Below are positions 11,974 through 23,611 of a stretch of 64,000 nt of DNA, in pieces; positions within the stretch are counted from its first letter, which is position 1, and the number at the start of each line of letters is the position of its first letter. Position numbers and translations under genes: made by a program. Location of the stretch: assembly GCA_000004985.1 (NCBI GenBank), contig GG738870.1, one strand, 5' to 3'. Below the pieces are notes generated by a model. The model did no database searches. It saw only the letters and a program-made list of their open reading frames with translations, and had not been told where the DNA came from. This stretch comes from Naegleria gruberi (lineage: Eukaryota).

Positions 11974-12666
11974 ATGAAGCTCAAGATCTCTGACCCTTCC
12001 ACCGGCATGACCAAGATGGTCGTTATTGAAGAAGATGCTGACATCAAATTGAGAGCCTTCTTTGACAGAAAGATGTCTGAAGAAGTTGAAGGTGACAACA
12101 TTGGTCCTGAATATAAGGGATACGTCTTCAAGATTGTTGGTGGTCAAGACAAGTCTGGTTTCGCCATGAAGCAAGGTATTTTGGCTAACACCAGAGTTAG
12201 ACTCCTCCTCGAAAGAGGTTCTATCGGCTTCCAAAAGTGGAGAGGTAGAGACGGTGAAAGAAGAAGAAAGTCCGTCAGAGGTTGTATTGTTGGTCCTGAT
12301 CTCTCAGTTTTGTGTTTGACTGTTGTCAAGAAGGGTGATGCTGAATTGCCAGGTATTACTGATTCCGTTAAACCAAGAACCCACGGTCCAAAGAGAGCCT
12401 CCAAGATTAGAAAGCTCTTCAACTTGACCAAGGCTGATGATGTCAGAAAGTACGTTATTAAACGTGAAAGAAAGGTCGCCAAGAACAAGAAGGTTCTCAA
12501 GGGTGTTAAGGTCCAAAGATTGGTTACTCCAGACAGAATTAGAAGAAAGGCCAAGGAAATCAAGAGAAGTATTAAGAGAGTTGCTGCTTCCAAGAGCGAA
12601 AAGAAGGCTTATGCTAAGCTTTTGGCTAAGAGAAAGTCTGAAACCACAAAGGCTACTACCCACTAA
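11974..12666 (+). CDS. rps6: 40S ribosomal protein S6 (eS6)
   Basis: 'MKLKISDPSTGMTKM...KSGFAMKQGIL...RKSVRGCIVGPDLSVL..KKGD.ELPGITD...GPKRASKIRKLFNL.K.DDVRKYVI' is colinear with eukaryotic eS6. Codon usage shifts strongly to C-ending codons (AAG, ATC, GAC, TCC, ACC), as expected for a highly expressed gene. The true ATG is at 11974; the track ORF starts at an upstream TTG. Confidence 0.9.
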   Translation: MKLKISDPSTGMTKMVVIEEDADIKLRAFFDRKMSEEVEGDNIGPEYKGYVFKIVGGQDKSGFAMKQGILANTRVRLLLERGSIGFQKWRGRDGERRRKSVRGCIVGPDLSVLCLTVVKKGDAELPGITDSVKPRTHGPKRASKIRKLFNLTKADDVRKYVIKRERKVAKNKKVLKGVKVQRLVTPDRIRRKAKEIKRSIKRVAASKSEKKAYAKLLAKRKSETTKATTH

Positions 12667-12804
12667 ATCATTTTCCTTCCAAAATATAAACACAAAAAAT
12701 TCTAAAATTAATTTATTTTATTGTTAAGATATTTAACATTGAAATGGCTTACTGATGTTGTGATTAAATAAGCTGGGTTGTGACTACTTAAACTTTGATT
12801 AATC

Positions 12805-13870
12805 TTATTGATAGTTTATTTCAATGTCATCTTCGGAATCATCTTCGTAATGTTGTTGGAATTGCCCAAAACTAACTTCTTCATCCTCTTCCTCGTCATC
12901 ATTGTAGTTTGTTTGAGTGATTGGATTGATGGTTGGTGTAGTTATTTGTGAGAGTGGTTCTTCAGTCTTTTCCTTAATAGTTGATTGTGAAACACTATTG
13001 CTAGTTGAACTGTTGTTGATTTGATTTGGAGCAACTTGTTTGGAAATCAAATTATTAGATTGAGGAGTATTATTATTGGTTGAGGTGGATGGTTGAGTGA
13101 CAATTGGAATGTCAACTTCTTCCTTCAAAGGTTGAAAAGTTGTGAAATTATTATTCAAATTAACATTATTGAATTGGTTCATTACTTCCATAAATTTGTC
13201 TTGTTGTGTTGTTTCAAAAGTACTTTGATTATTAATAACAGTTGCTGTTGCAGTTGATTGAGTTTGTCTAGGTGTTTCAGAACCTGTTGGCTCCCTATGA
13301 ATATTCCTATAGGAGGTATCTTTGAATTTAGAATAGACAGTTTGTTCATCCTTGTGCAGAATTGTTGTTGCATTCTCTAGTGATTGATTTAGGTAGGATT
13401 CCAATTCATCATGATGTGACAAACCTCCATGTTTATGATCTAAAATTGTCTTCTCCTGACGAATAATTCTACTCTCATCCATTTGATCATCAATAATATG
13501 TGTGGTGGAGGGATTATTATAAAGATCATAGTCATCATCATCATTCTGAATCGGAATTGCCTCCAATTAATAGTGATGAAGTTTCGTCTCTTGTTGGTGG
13601 TTTTACATCTACTATTGCAGATTGTTGTGAAGGTACAATTCCAAATAATAACAAGAAGGGAGCAAATAATTGATAGAGACATCCCGAATTAACCATTGTC
13701 ATATCACTTTCGTATTGTTTTAATTTGTTGTGAGCAATTTGTTGTTTCTGTTGTTGGATATTCACATTACTAGTATCTAGTGCTGCAATGTTCATAGGAG
13801 GTGTATCATCAGAACTTTTTGACAGTTTAGTTTCTGTCTGACTGTTGTTGGTCTTGTCATCGTGGGTCAT
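12805..13870 (-). CDS. N/Q/S/T-rich low-complexity protein; two ORFs (13541..13870 and 12805..13566) in different frames, joined by an intron or an indel that cannot be resolved here
   Basis: ATG at 13870. Downstream frame: ...NDDDDYDLYNNPSTTHIIDD...QSTATATVINNQSTFETTQQ...DDEEEDEE. A candidate in-phase donor ATG|gttaat at about 13677 with acceptor ggag|GCA at about 13563 would remove a hydrophobic read-through segment, but the donor is weak. Confidence 0.45.
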
Positions 13871-13981
13871 TTTGTTTTCAAAGATGAAAAATCCAATGGA
13901 CTATTATAAATCGTAATCAATTACATTTACAAAAAAATTAATTTTAATGTGTGATAGCATTGTTGGGTTTATAAAAATCAA

Positions 13982-15792
<1,811 letters not shown>

Positions 15793-16100
15793 TTTTTAAA
15801 TATTTGAAATCACCAAAAGAACCAAAGCCAGCCTTGAAGCAAAATTTAGACAAAAACAAAAATACAACAAGCCTGCCCGCACTGCTTAAAAGTTTTATAA
15901 AATCTTCAATTATGGAGGATATTGAATTGAATCAATTATTGTTGTTGGCATTATTAAATTTTAAAATACAAGGAAAGAAAACTACTTGAAATCCTTACTA
16001 CTTGATAATGATTTCAAATCACTGACATATCCCAATCAAAATCTTGATCACAAGAAGATAAATCTTTTGTAATGCAACATGTCCGTGATTTTGAAATGGC

Positions 16101-17171
16101 ATGATTCAGTGTTTGCAACCCATCAAGGTTTTGAAAAAAATGTTTAACAGACACATCAAATCTATTGTTAAACTGAGAATTTTTACTGGTAAATTGGGAT
16201 CAAATTCATTAACCCTTCCAAACATGGTACACATGATGGAGAGAAGGAATTTTCACACTTGTTTTTCATCACAATCCACCACAATAACTCCACAACAATT
16301 TCATGAGAAGGAATCCGAAGAGCAACAACTCATCATTAAACTCAAGATGGCTAAATCAAAAGGTGGAGCTGCTCTCAACAAGAAGGAGGTGAATTTATTT
16401 GTGGAATTGAAATTAAACATTAATGATCTAGGTAAACTAAAGAAGGAAATTGATCAAGTGGAATTTCAAAAAGCAATTGAAAAATTTAATAGAAAAATTG
16501 TTGAAAAATCAAAACATATGGATGAGAGGATGAATGAAAAGATTGACATGACACAATTTTCAATCAAATTGGGAGAATTTGTTATTCAAAAGAATGTCAA
16601 GAAAAGTAATGTTGTTGAATTTCCAATCAACTTTGAGAATTTTCAAGATTGGAATAAGAAGAGAACTCTTTTATTGATGAAAACTCCAACTTTAAGAGAT
16701 GGAGCTGGTTTAACAACAAAAGAAATTCAATTCCTCAAACAATTCCATTTTGATGGAAAGGTTCTCCAGTCCATTGTGAAACATATAGAAAAGAAACCCA
16801 ATAATATGAATTTTGATCGAGTGTTGTATAATAACTTATCAAAGGCAAAAATCAAACCAACTGTTAAAACAGTTACTAAAATATTAAGCTGGATTGAAGC
16901 TCACTTGATTGGGGTTGATCTAAACAAGAGAAAACACACAATAGGGCGTAAGAAAGAACAATCAGTTTCAAGAAATATTGAGGAAAAAAGAAGAGAAAAC
17001 ACAAGCTTGCTTGAGGAATATGAAACTGAATTGGAAGAATTGCAAGAATCCATTGAAAATCACCTTCTTTCAGAAGATGAATCTTCTCACTTGAGAAAAC
17101 TTTTGAAAGAAAAGGAAGAGCTTATCTCAGAATTGAAAGAAACCCTGAAAGAGTTGGCTGAAAAATATTGA
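16101..17171 (+). CDS. Hypothetical K/E-rich coiled-coil protein, 356 aa; alternative ATG at 16140
   Basis: ORF with ATG at 16101, C-terminal heptad-like E/K/L-rich segment, no recognisable domain. Confidence 0.5.
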   Translation: MIQCLQPIKVLKKMFNRHIKSIVKLRIFTGKLGSNSLTLPNMVHMMERRNFHTCFSSQSTTITPQQFHEKESEEQQLIIKLKMAKSKGGAALNKKEVNLFVELKLNINDLGKLKKEIDQVEFQKAIEKFNRKIVEKSKHMDERMNEKIDMTQFSIKLGEFVIQKNVKKSNVVEFPINFENFQDWNKKRTLLLMKTPTLRDGAGLTTKEIQFLKQFHFDGKVLQSIVKHIEKKPNNMNFDRVLYNNLSKAKIKPTVKTVTKILSWIEAHLIGVDLNKRKHTIGRKKEQSVSRNIEEKRRENTSLLEEYETELEELQESIENHLLSEDESSHLRKLLKEKEELISELKETLKELAEKY

Positions 17172-17369
17172 AATTGACTTGAATATTGAACTCGAAAATG
17201 AATTTGACGCCGAAGAAAGTATTTTCTCAGGTGATGGTGATGATGGTTCGTTTTTTGATGGTTTCTTAGACTAAGCCAACTATGCAATTTTGAAGTAATC
17301 AATTTTCATTGTAAAACATTCAATTTCAAAAAAGAGTTTCAATTTGATAAAAAAAATTAAGAAAAAAAA

Positions 17370-18446
17370 ATGAATCAATTACCACAAGAGATAATTGGTC
17401 ATGTTTTTGATTTTCTTGATAGGAATGATTTGTATGCCATGCTGAAGTGTTATCCAGGATTTGTATCTAATTGTTGTCATCATATTCGATTCAAATTGAT
17501 GTATAATTTTATTTCCGAATTGGAATATGATAATAGTCATCAGCCAACATTCAAGTCTAAACGAAAGAAGCGCACTCGTATCAGACACAGACATTTTAGG
17601 AGAGGAGAAGAATATTGGGAAAATTCGAAAAAATTCACACCACGACAAACTTTAATGATTTTTTATCCAAAGAAGAGCCTGAAAGTTCTATTCGAAACTG
17701 TTGGGCCATATTTATTGAGCAAGATCAATAATTGGAAACCATTTGTGGAGAGAGATGAAAAAATGATTAAGAAGTTTTATTATCATTTTTATAATATCAA
17801 GCTTTCATTAGAATTATTCGAATCTAGAATTTGTAATTCAACTATTTATTGTAGGACTTCGTTTAGTTCAAAATCCCTGGAAACTTGCTTGGATATTACC
17901 AAAATTTACAAAACAAGATTACTCAAGTTAAATACCATTATAGCCACTGAGCATTTGGAGAATTTAAGGAATGAATTCTATGCAGCATACACCAAATTAG
18001 TGAAAGAATATAAGGTCAATAATGAATTTTTGGAGGTTTGGAATGAGAAATTTAAATTGACCAACAATATTCTGAGCTATTCGAAATCAGTCCAAAATTC
18101 AAAGAAAGCCATTTCATTTATTATTACAACTCTGTGGACTACCCATGATAATATGTTAGATTTTCTACCCCTCCTTAGAGGTTTGGATAGAACCAATAGC
18201 TCTAAACGTACAGATGCTTCGAGAATCCTTCTTGACATATGCGCCTCCAAAACAACCATTAGTGTTAACTCAGATCAGCATCTGAAAAGAATTCAAAATC
18301 TATTGGAATGTTGCTCCTACTTTAAGCACTCAATTTCTGAATTCAAAACATTGTTGGAACGATTTTTTGATAAGATGGTGGTTGTGCCAGAAATGAAAGA
18401 AGAATTGAACTCTCTTAAAACTCGAGTATTTAATAAATATGAATAA
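17370..18446 (+). CDS. F-box domain protein, 358 aa
   Basis: N-terminal 'LPQEIIGHVFDFLDRNDLYAMLKCYPGF' fits the F-box consensus (LPxEIL..I...L....L......V...W). Confidence 0.6.
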   Translation: MNQLPQEIIGHVFDFLDRNDLYAMLKCYPGFVSNCCHHIRFKLMYNFISELEYDNSHQPTFKSKRKKRTRIRHRHFRRGEEYWENSKKFTPRQTLMIFYPKKSLKVLFETVGPYLLSKINNWKPFVERDEKMIKKFYYHFYNIKLSLELFESRICNSTIYCRTSFSSKSLETCLDITKIYKTRLLKLNTIIATEHLENLRNEFYAAYTKLVKEYKVNNEFLEVWNEKFKLTNNILSYSKSVQNSKKAISFIITTLWTTHDNMLDFLPLLRGLDRTNSSKRTDASRILLDICASKTTISVNSDQHLKRIQNLLECCSYFKHSISEFKTLLERFFDKMVVVPEMKEELNSLKTRVFNKYE

Positions 18447-18778
18447 CAACTTGAAAGATTTATTAAATAAAAAAATGTCTGTTAATACTACACCTAGATT
18501 TGGATTCAATGCCATTGTTTGCGTCTTTTCATGCTTTCTTTATTATTCAGTGTGGTTACTAGTGACAGTATGTACTACAACTTGTTCCGATTATTGAAAA
18601 TTTCTTACACAACAACAAGCCATTTATTCACAAGGATCAAGAGTGGTTTCTTCAATTCTTTCCGAAGAGAGAATATGCAATCATGTCTATTGCAATATTA
18701 GGTCTTACAATATTATTTGGATTGAGTATAATAATCGGAATAATGATGATCAAGAAATCAATTAAATCATCATAACAA

Positions 18779-19399
18779 TTACAATTTAATGTTTAATTTC
18801 TCCTTGACAAATAATTTTAATTCATCGAATGTTATTGTTTGATGAATTCCTGCATTATTATTTACAAAATGGCACATTTCAACAATTTGATCCTCAACTA
18901 AATTCTCTCCCAATGTTCTAGAGAAAAAGTGAGATATTTCTGCCTTTCCGATTGTTCCCGATTGATTAGCATCCAACAAGTTGAAAATTTCCTTCAAATA
19001 TAAATCATGAATTTCCTCTTTGGTTAATCTATTCTCATCAAGGAATCTAGTATTAATACATTTAATAAAAGTTGGAAAATCTACTTTAATCTTTTCAACT
19101 TTTCTTTCGTTACTTTCATTATTCAAAGCTTCAACCATACTTTCAGGTGAGAAAAATTGAACTAAATCCATCAATTCTTCAATATCCATCACAACTCCGA
19201 TATTTGATCGAATTAAACTGTGCATATCCTTCAATGAAACTTTATTTTCCTTCGCATACATTTGAAACATGACTAATAATTCTTGCTCTTGTTCTTTAGA
19301 TAATGAATGATTTAACGAATTCTTTAATTTATCCATCAACAAGCTTGTAATATCTTCTTGATTTGATGCTGTTCCGATCTGTTGTTGTTGTTGATTCAT
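18779..19399 (-). CDS. EF-hand calcium-binding protein, 206 aa, poly-Q N-terminus
   Basis: 'DANQSGTIGKAEISHF' is a canonical EF-hand loop (DxNxSGxIxxxE); N-terminal QQQQQ. Confidence 0.55.
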   Translation of the reverse strand: MNQQQQQIGTASNQEDITSLLMDKLKNSLNHSLSKEQEQELLVMFQMYAKENKVSLKDMHSLIRSNIGVVMDIEELMDLVQFFSPESMVEALNNESNERKVEKIKVDFPTFIKCINTRFLDENRLTKEEIHDLYLKEIFNLLDANQSGTIGKAEISHFFSRTLGENLVEDQIVEMCHFVNNNAGIHQTITFDELKLFVKEKLNIKL

Positions 19400-19588
19400 T
19401 TTTTATAATTAATTAATAATAAAAATAATTTCAACAATTAAGAATTTGAAATGATGAGAACATTAGAATGATTTACAAATTGAAGAGTGAATAATTGTAA
19501 CTTCCTTAATACATCCACTGTTTTTCACAAACACCAGAGATATCTGTATAAGTGTACTAAACGTGAGAAAAAAACAATAATAAATAAT

Positions 19589-20362
19589 TTATTTTGCCCA
19601 ATGCTTTTCAGGTGTCTTTTTCAATTATTAAGGGTTGTAACAAATCAAAACATGAAACTTACCTTTCCCATTTCTTCTAGTTTCTTATTGTGTTCCTCAA
19701 ACATTTTGTGATAGTGTGGTTTAAGTAATTCTGGAATTTCCATTGGCTAGTAGTTTTGAATTGATTCAATATATTATTCCAAGTCCAATACTTCATCAAA
19801 TACTAACCTCATTAAACCAATGGTGTTCTTCCTCATTTAAAATCTTTTGAACTTCCAAATTAATTCTGTTTGCTTTTGTTCCGTATGAAAAATCAGCTGT
19901 GAAAATTCAAACAAATCATAAGAAATTAACAACTAATTAAAACTGGATCCAAAAACATACTCAAATAGGCCATCCAAAAAGGAACCACCAACATTGGAAT
20001 ATAATTTAATGGCAGAGGATCAAATTGCCTTATCCGTATCATTCTTCCAACAGCAACAGTTGCCATCAATGAATAAAATCCTACACAATATTTTGCATTC
20101 ATTCCGAATTAAATAATATGATAAATTAAAAACACAAATAATTATTATCATTGTGGTGAATATTCCATCATGTAATTTCCATACCTCCGAGCCACCATAC
20201 ACGATCCCTCATTGTTGCCATACGTGTGGCAATTTCAAAATCTCTTCTCCTTTTCAGTGTCTTGAGTTTTAGTAATTGTTGTTGAATGGCTGCATCACGT
20301 TGTTTATCTTCAATTTGTTTGAGAATCGGAGTGGTGAAATATCCAACGATTGATTGACCCAT
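19589..20362 (-). CDS. Small 5-exon gene encoding a hydrophobic membrane protein of about 175 aa, unknown function; exons 20185..20362, 19961..20080, 19808..19896, 19663..19746, 19589..19615
   Basis: All junctions have gt..ag introns in consistent phase (gtatgg..gtgtag 102 nt; gtatgt..tcacag 64 nt; gttagt..actag 61 nt; gtaagt..aaaaag 47 nt). Product: MGQSIVGYFTTPILKQIEDKQRDAAIQQQLLKLKTLKRRRDFEIATRMATMRDRVWWLGGFYSLMATVAVGRMIRIRQFDPLPLNYIPMLVVPFWMAYLSMTDFSYGTKANRINLEVQKILNEEEHHWFNEPMEIPELLKPHYHKMFEEHNKKLEEMGKTPEKHWAK. Confidence 0.55.
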
Positions 20363-20518
20363 TTTTTAATTAATCTCAATTCAACACTGGAGATGAATTC
20401 CAGTAGCGAAATGGAACAATATTAGGTTTCTGATTAGTAGTAGGTGAAATGGTTAATAATATGATATAACAAACTCATTGTTTGCACATATATTCCTTTA
20501 TTTATAATAACATATGAA

Positions 20519-20588
20519 AGGGAGATAGTTCAGTGGTAGAACATGGGATTGTGGTTTTAAGATCAGGGTCCGATTCCCTGTCTTCCTA
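20519..20588 (+). tRNA. tRNA-like Pol III gene with a non-canonical anticodon arm (possible tRNA pseudogene or derived element)
   Basis: aGGGAGATAGTTCAGTGGTAGAACA...CAGGGTCCGATTCCCTGTCTTCCTA has a 7-bp acceptor stem, T8, a GTTC/GAAC D-stem with AGTGGTA loop (A-box), a CAGGG/CCCTG T-stem with B-box-like loop, and a T6 terminator 4 nt downstream. The 20-nt segment between D and T arms (TGGGATTGTGGTTTTAAGAT) cannot form a 5-bp anticodon stem. Confidence 0.5.
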
Positions 20589-20725
20589 CACCTTTTTTAA
20601 CACAGCTTTTTTGCTTCTTTACACAAGTGTAGTTTTTTGTCCTTTTTTTAAGTTTATTCTAAATGGTTTTTTGCCTTAATTCTAAGATTAATTTAGTTGG
20701 GTTTATTATTAATAAATAATTGATT

Positions 20726-21301
20726 TTATTGACATTTAGTTTCTTCTTCAACCAAAACAATGTGATAACCGTGTTCTGTCTTGAAGATCTTACTGACTTC
20801 ACCTACAGGAGTATTGAAAGCAACCTCACTGAAAGGTCCAACCATTTTAGTTCTTCCGAACCAGCCTATATGATTAGTAATTGTTGAAATGGATCATAAT
20901 TATTTGCATACTTACCAAGATTACCACCCTTGTTCTTTGATGAACAATCAGAGTATTGTTCAGCAAGTTTACCAAATTCAGAAGATGGAACTTTAACATC
21001 TCTTGAGAGCCATCCTTCTTGAAGCTATATTAAATTATTATTATTAATATTTGATCATCAAATTATTATTCCGCATTCATCAATATGATATTGTCACAAA
21101 TAAATTCAACAAATCCGAGAAATTTACCTTCTTCATGACTTCTTCAGCCTTGCCCATCTTTTCGCACAAAATATGACGAGCTTGGACTTCCTTTACGGTA
21201 CCAAGTTTGTCGTCCTTTCCAGAGCTCTTGTCGTTTCCTCCTTTCTTTGCTCCTCCCTTGTCTCCTCCTTTCTTATTGTCAGCAGCCTTCTTTGGTGGCA
21301 T
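20726..21301 (-). CDS. pin4: Parvulin-type peptidyl-prolyl cis-trans isomerase PIN4/Par14; 3 exons (21128..21301, 20916..21024, 20726..20864)
   Basis: MPPKKAADNKKGGDKGGAKKGG...VQARHILCEKMGKAEEVMKK|LQEGWLSRDVKVPSSEFGKLAEQYSDCSSKNKGGNLG|WFGRTKMVGPFSEVAFNTPVGEVSKIFKTEHGYHIVLVEEETK is colinear with human Par14 (..[61 protein letters not shown]...KFGYHIIMVEGRK). Introns are 102 nt and 51 nt, gtaaat/gtaagt..atatag. Confidence 0.85.
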
Positions 21302-21505
21302 TTTGAATTTTTTTTAATTTATTTTTATTAATAAATTGAATTAAACAATGGCTTTCTAAGATTTACCAATGATTGGAAAATGACTTCAGTTGATCATCAA
21401 TTAATAAATCGGCAGTTAGGTTTTATTATTTTCGGTTCGATTGGTCTTGGTTGAATGGAATCAAACAAATGTTCTTAAAATAAATAATTACCAATTCCGA
21501 AAAAA

Positions 21506-21916
21506 ATGATGTACTCCCCTGTTGCTGCCTACGAGCAAGATTTCAAACAATATGAAATTCCTGAAAAGCCATCAAAATTAACAACACAATACATTAAACA
21601 ATTAGTTAACATCAAGGATGAAATGGAAAAGGAAATTTTACATTTAAATCTTTCATTGGATAAGTTAGGGGTTGGATTAAAAGGATCTCTTCTTGATAAA
21701 GATGGTTTCCCAAGATCGGATATGGATTTAAATGATGTTGCTTCAAAGAGACATAGAATTGCTTGTTTGCAAAATGATTTTTCATCACTAATGGATACAA
21801 TTCAAAATTATTTATTTGAATTACATGAAGAAACAAGAGCAAATAATCCAAATTCTCAGGTAATTGATATTAAACCATTTGACGTTGAGAGTTTATACAA
21901 TGAAGATGAATTGTAA
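21506..21916 (+). CDS. PSMD9/Nas2-like proteasome assembly chaperone N-terminal domain protein (136 aa; no PDZ domain found in this ORF)
   Basis: 'LLDKDGFPRSDMDLNDVASKRHRIACLQNDFSSLMDTIQNYLFELH' parallels human PSMD9 '[46 protein letters not shown]'. Confidence 0.55.
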   Translation: MMYSPVAAYEQDFKQYEIPEKPSKLTTQYIKQLVNIKDEMEKEILHLNLSLDKLGVGLKGSLLDKDGFPRSDMDLNDVASKRHRIACLQNDFSSLMDTIQNYLFELHEETRANNPNSQVIDIKPFDVESLYNEDEL

Positions 21917-22231
21917 TATGTTATTATATTAGAAAGTACAATAGTTCAGATTGTTAAATTATAATTTTCATGAACATTAATTGCTAAGGTTGTATTGTTG
22001 GTAAACTGACTTTCCTGTCTCTTTTAACCATAAGGTCACATCACTGACAAGTGATTGATATAAATTTTCAATTCCATCATTAAAAAAAATCCTTCAAAAA
22101 ACCAACACCTGTTTCATCATTACTTTTTGTTGCTGATCATCAAACCTTGTCGACAACAAACAAATAATTGAAACATTTATCTTCTCGCTAGAACACTGAA
22201 TTGGAATAACAATTTTTTGAGGAAGGAAAAT

Positions 22232-23146
22232 ATGAAAACTTTTAACCGCCCAAATTTTGTAGTGTTTGCCTTGTTGTTGGCCGTTATTTTGGTTTCAACT
22301 TGTGTTTTGGAAATTTACGGAAAAAAACAATCACAACTGGCTCATACCTTTGATACTCAATTTGAAAAGATTTTAAAGTCGGATTTGAGTGGTCTTTCCT
22401 ATGCCGAACAACAAAAAGCTCTCCAAGAGCAAATGAAATCAATTAGCAAACTTACTAAAAATCAATCTGATTTGAAAGTTGCTTGGCAATCATTGGATTC
22501 TGTGGAGGCTAAAATTAAAAAGGAATATATGGAAAATAACAAGAAGGTTATTGTTGCTCATGCAAAGGTTTCAAAGGCTTGCAAACTTGTTCAATATTAT
22601 AAGAATTTGTTGAAGAAATTGCAAATTGAAATTGTCAAGATTAAACTTACCATCAAGAAGACTAAATTGACTAAATCATATCTCAAACTCATCAAAAAGT
22701 ACAAACTTGAAATGAAGAAGGCTTATGAAATTTACATTTCCATTGTTAAGGTATACAGAGAAATCTATAAGGAATACCTTATTTCCAAGAAGGAAATGTC
22801 CAAGCAAATTTCTACCATCAAGATGCAATTGAAGATAATCAAGATTATGAAGCAAAAATTGTACTCTACTCAAAGTTTGGAAATTGAAATTACCAAGTTG
22901 GTTGAAGATTGGGAACACATCATTCATGAAGAAGAAATTGAATACATCCATGAAAAGGAAAAGTGTCATTGTCCAGTTGAGTATAGGCCAGTTTGTGGTG
23001 TTAATGGTCTCACTTATGGAAGTGCTTGTACTGCAAGATGTGCTGATGTTTCTATTCACTATTATGGGGTATGTAAATGTATTCCACAAGAAGTTATTGT
23101 CGTTAAGGAATCTTCCTTGACCTCAGCTATTTCTTCAAGTCAATAA
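22232..23146 (+). CDS. Secreted coiled-coil protein with C-terminal Kazal-type serine protease inhibitor domain
   Basis: ATG 22232; signal peptide MKTFNRPNFVVFALLLAVILVSTCV; long K/E/I-rich heptad region; C-terminal 'CHCPVEYRPVCGVNGLTYGSACTARCADVSIHYYGVC' matches the Kazal cysteine pattern. Confidence 0.65.
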   Translation: MKTFNRPNFVVFALLLAVILVSTCVLEIYGKKQSQLAHTFDTQFEKILKSDLSGLSYAEQQKALQEQMKSISKLTKNQSDLKVAWQSLDSVEAKIKKEYMENNKKVIVAHAKVSKACKLVQYYKNLLKKLQIEIVKIKLTIKKTKLTKSYLKLIKKYKLEMKKAYEIYISIVKVYREIYKEYLISKKEMSKQISTIKMQLKIIKIMKQKLYSTQSLEIEITKLVEDWEHIIHEEEIEYIHEKEKCHCPVEYRPVCGVNGLTYGSACTARCADVSIHYYGVCKCIPQEVIVVKESSLTSAISSSQ

Positions 23147-23611
23147 ACATGTTGTTTAGTGAATCGGCAATAATCTTATTTGAAAGGTTTAAACAAATAT
23201 TGTACTGCCTAGGTATAATGGTTATGGAATCAACCACGATCCATTTACAAATACTTTCATAACCTTGGTATATTCTTGACAATGCACTCTTCAATTAAAT
23301 TAGTAACTCTATGTAATGAAAGATCAAGAAGATAAAAAGAACAATAAGAGATAATCTCTAGAAATGTGAAATACTCATTGACTCATTGACGTTGTAATCT
23401 AAATGGTTAGGTCCACAATCCAGACCTCAAGACAGAGATGTTCTAGTTATGTTACAACATTAACATATCCTTGTGACACATTCAAGATTAAAGTCATGAT
23501 TGTGTGAATCAGTATTTGAGAAAATTTGATCCTAGTAATATTATTGAGTGCTACTACTGGTGTACATTATAATTTAACAAAGTACATGATAATTTACTTG
23601 AATGTGAATAA

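Noticed and set aside
20519-20588. Assigning a specific isotype (His via GTG, or Lys via TTT) to the tRNA-like gene
   Set aside because: No register gives a paired anticodon stem, so any anticodon call would be arbitrary.
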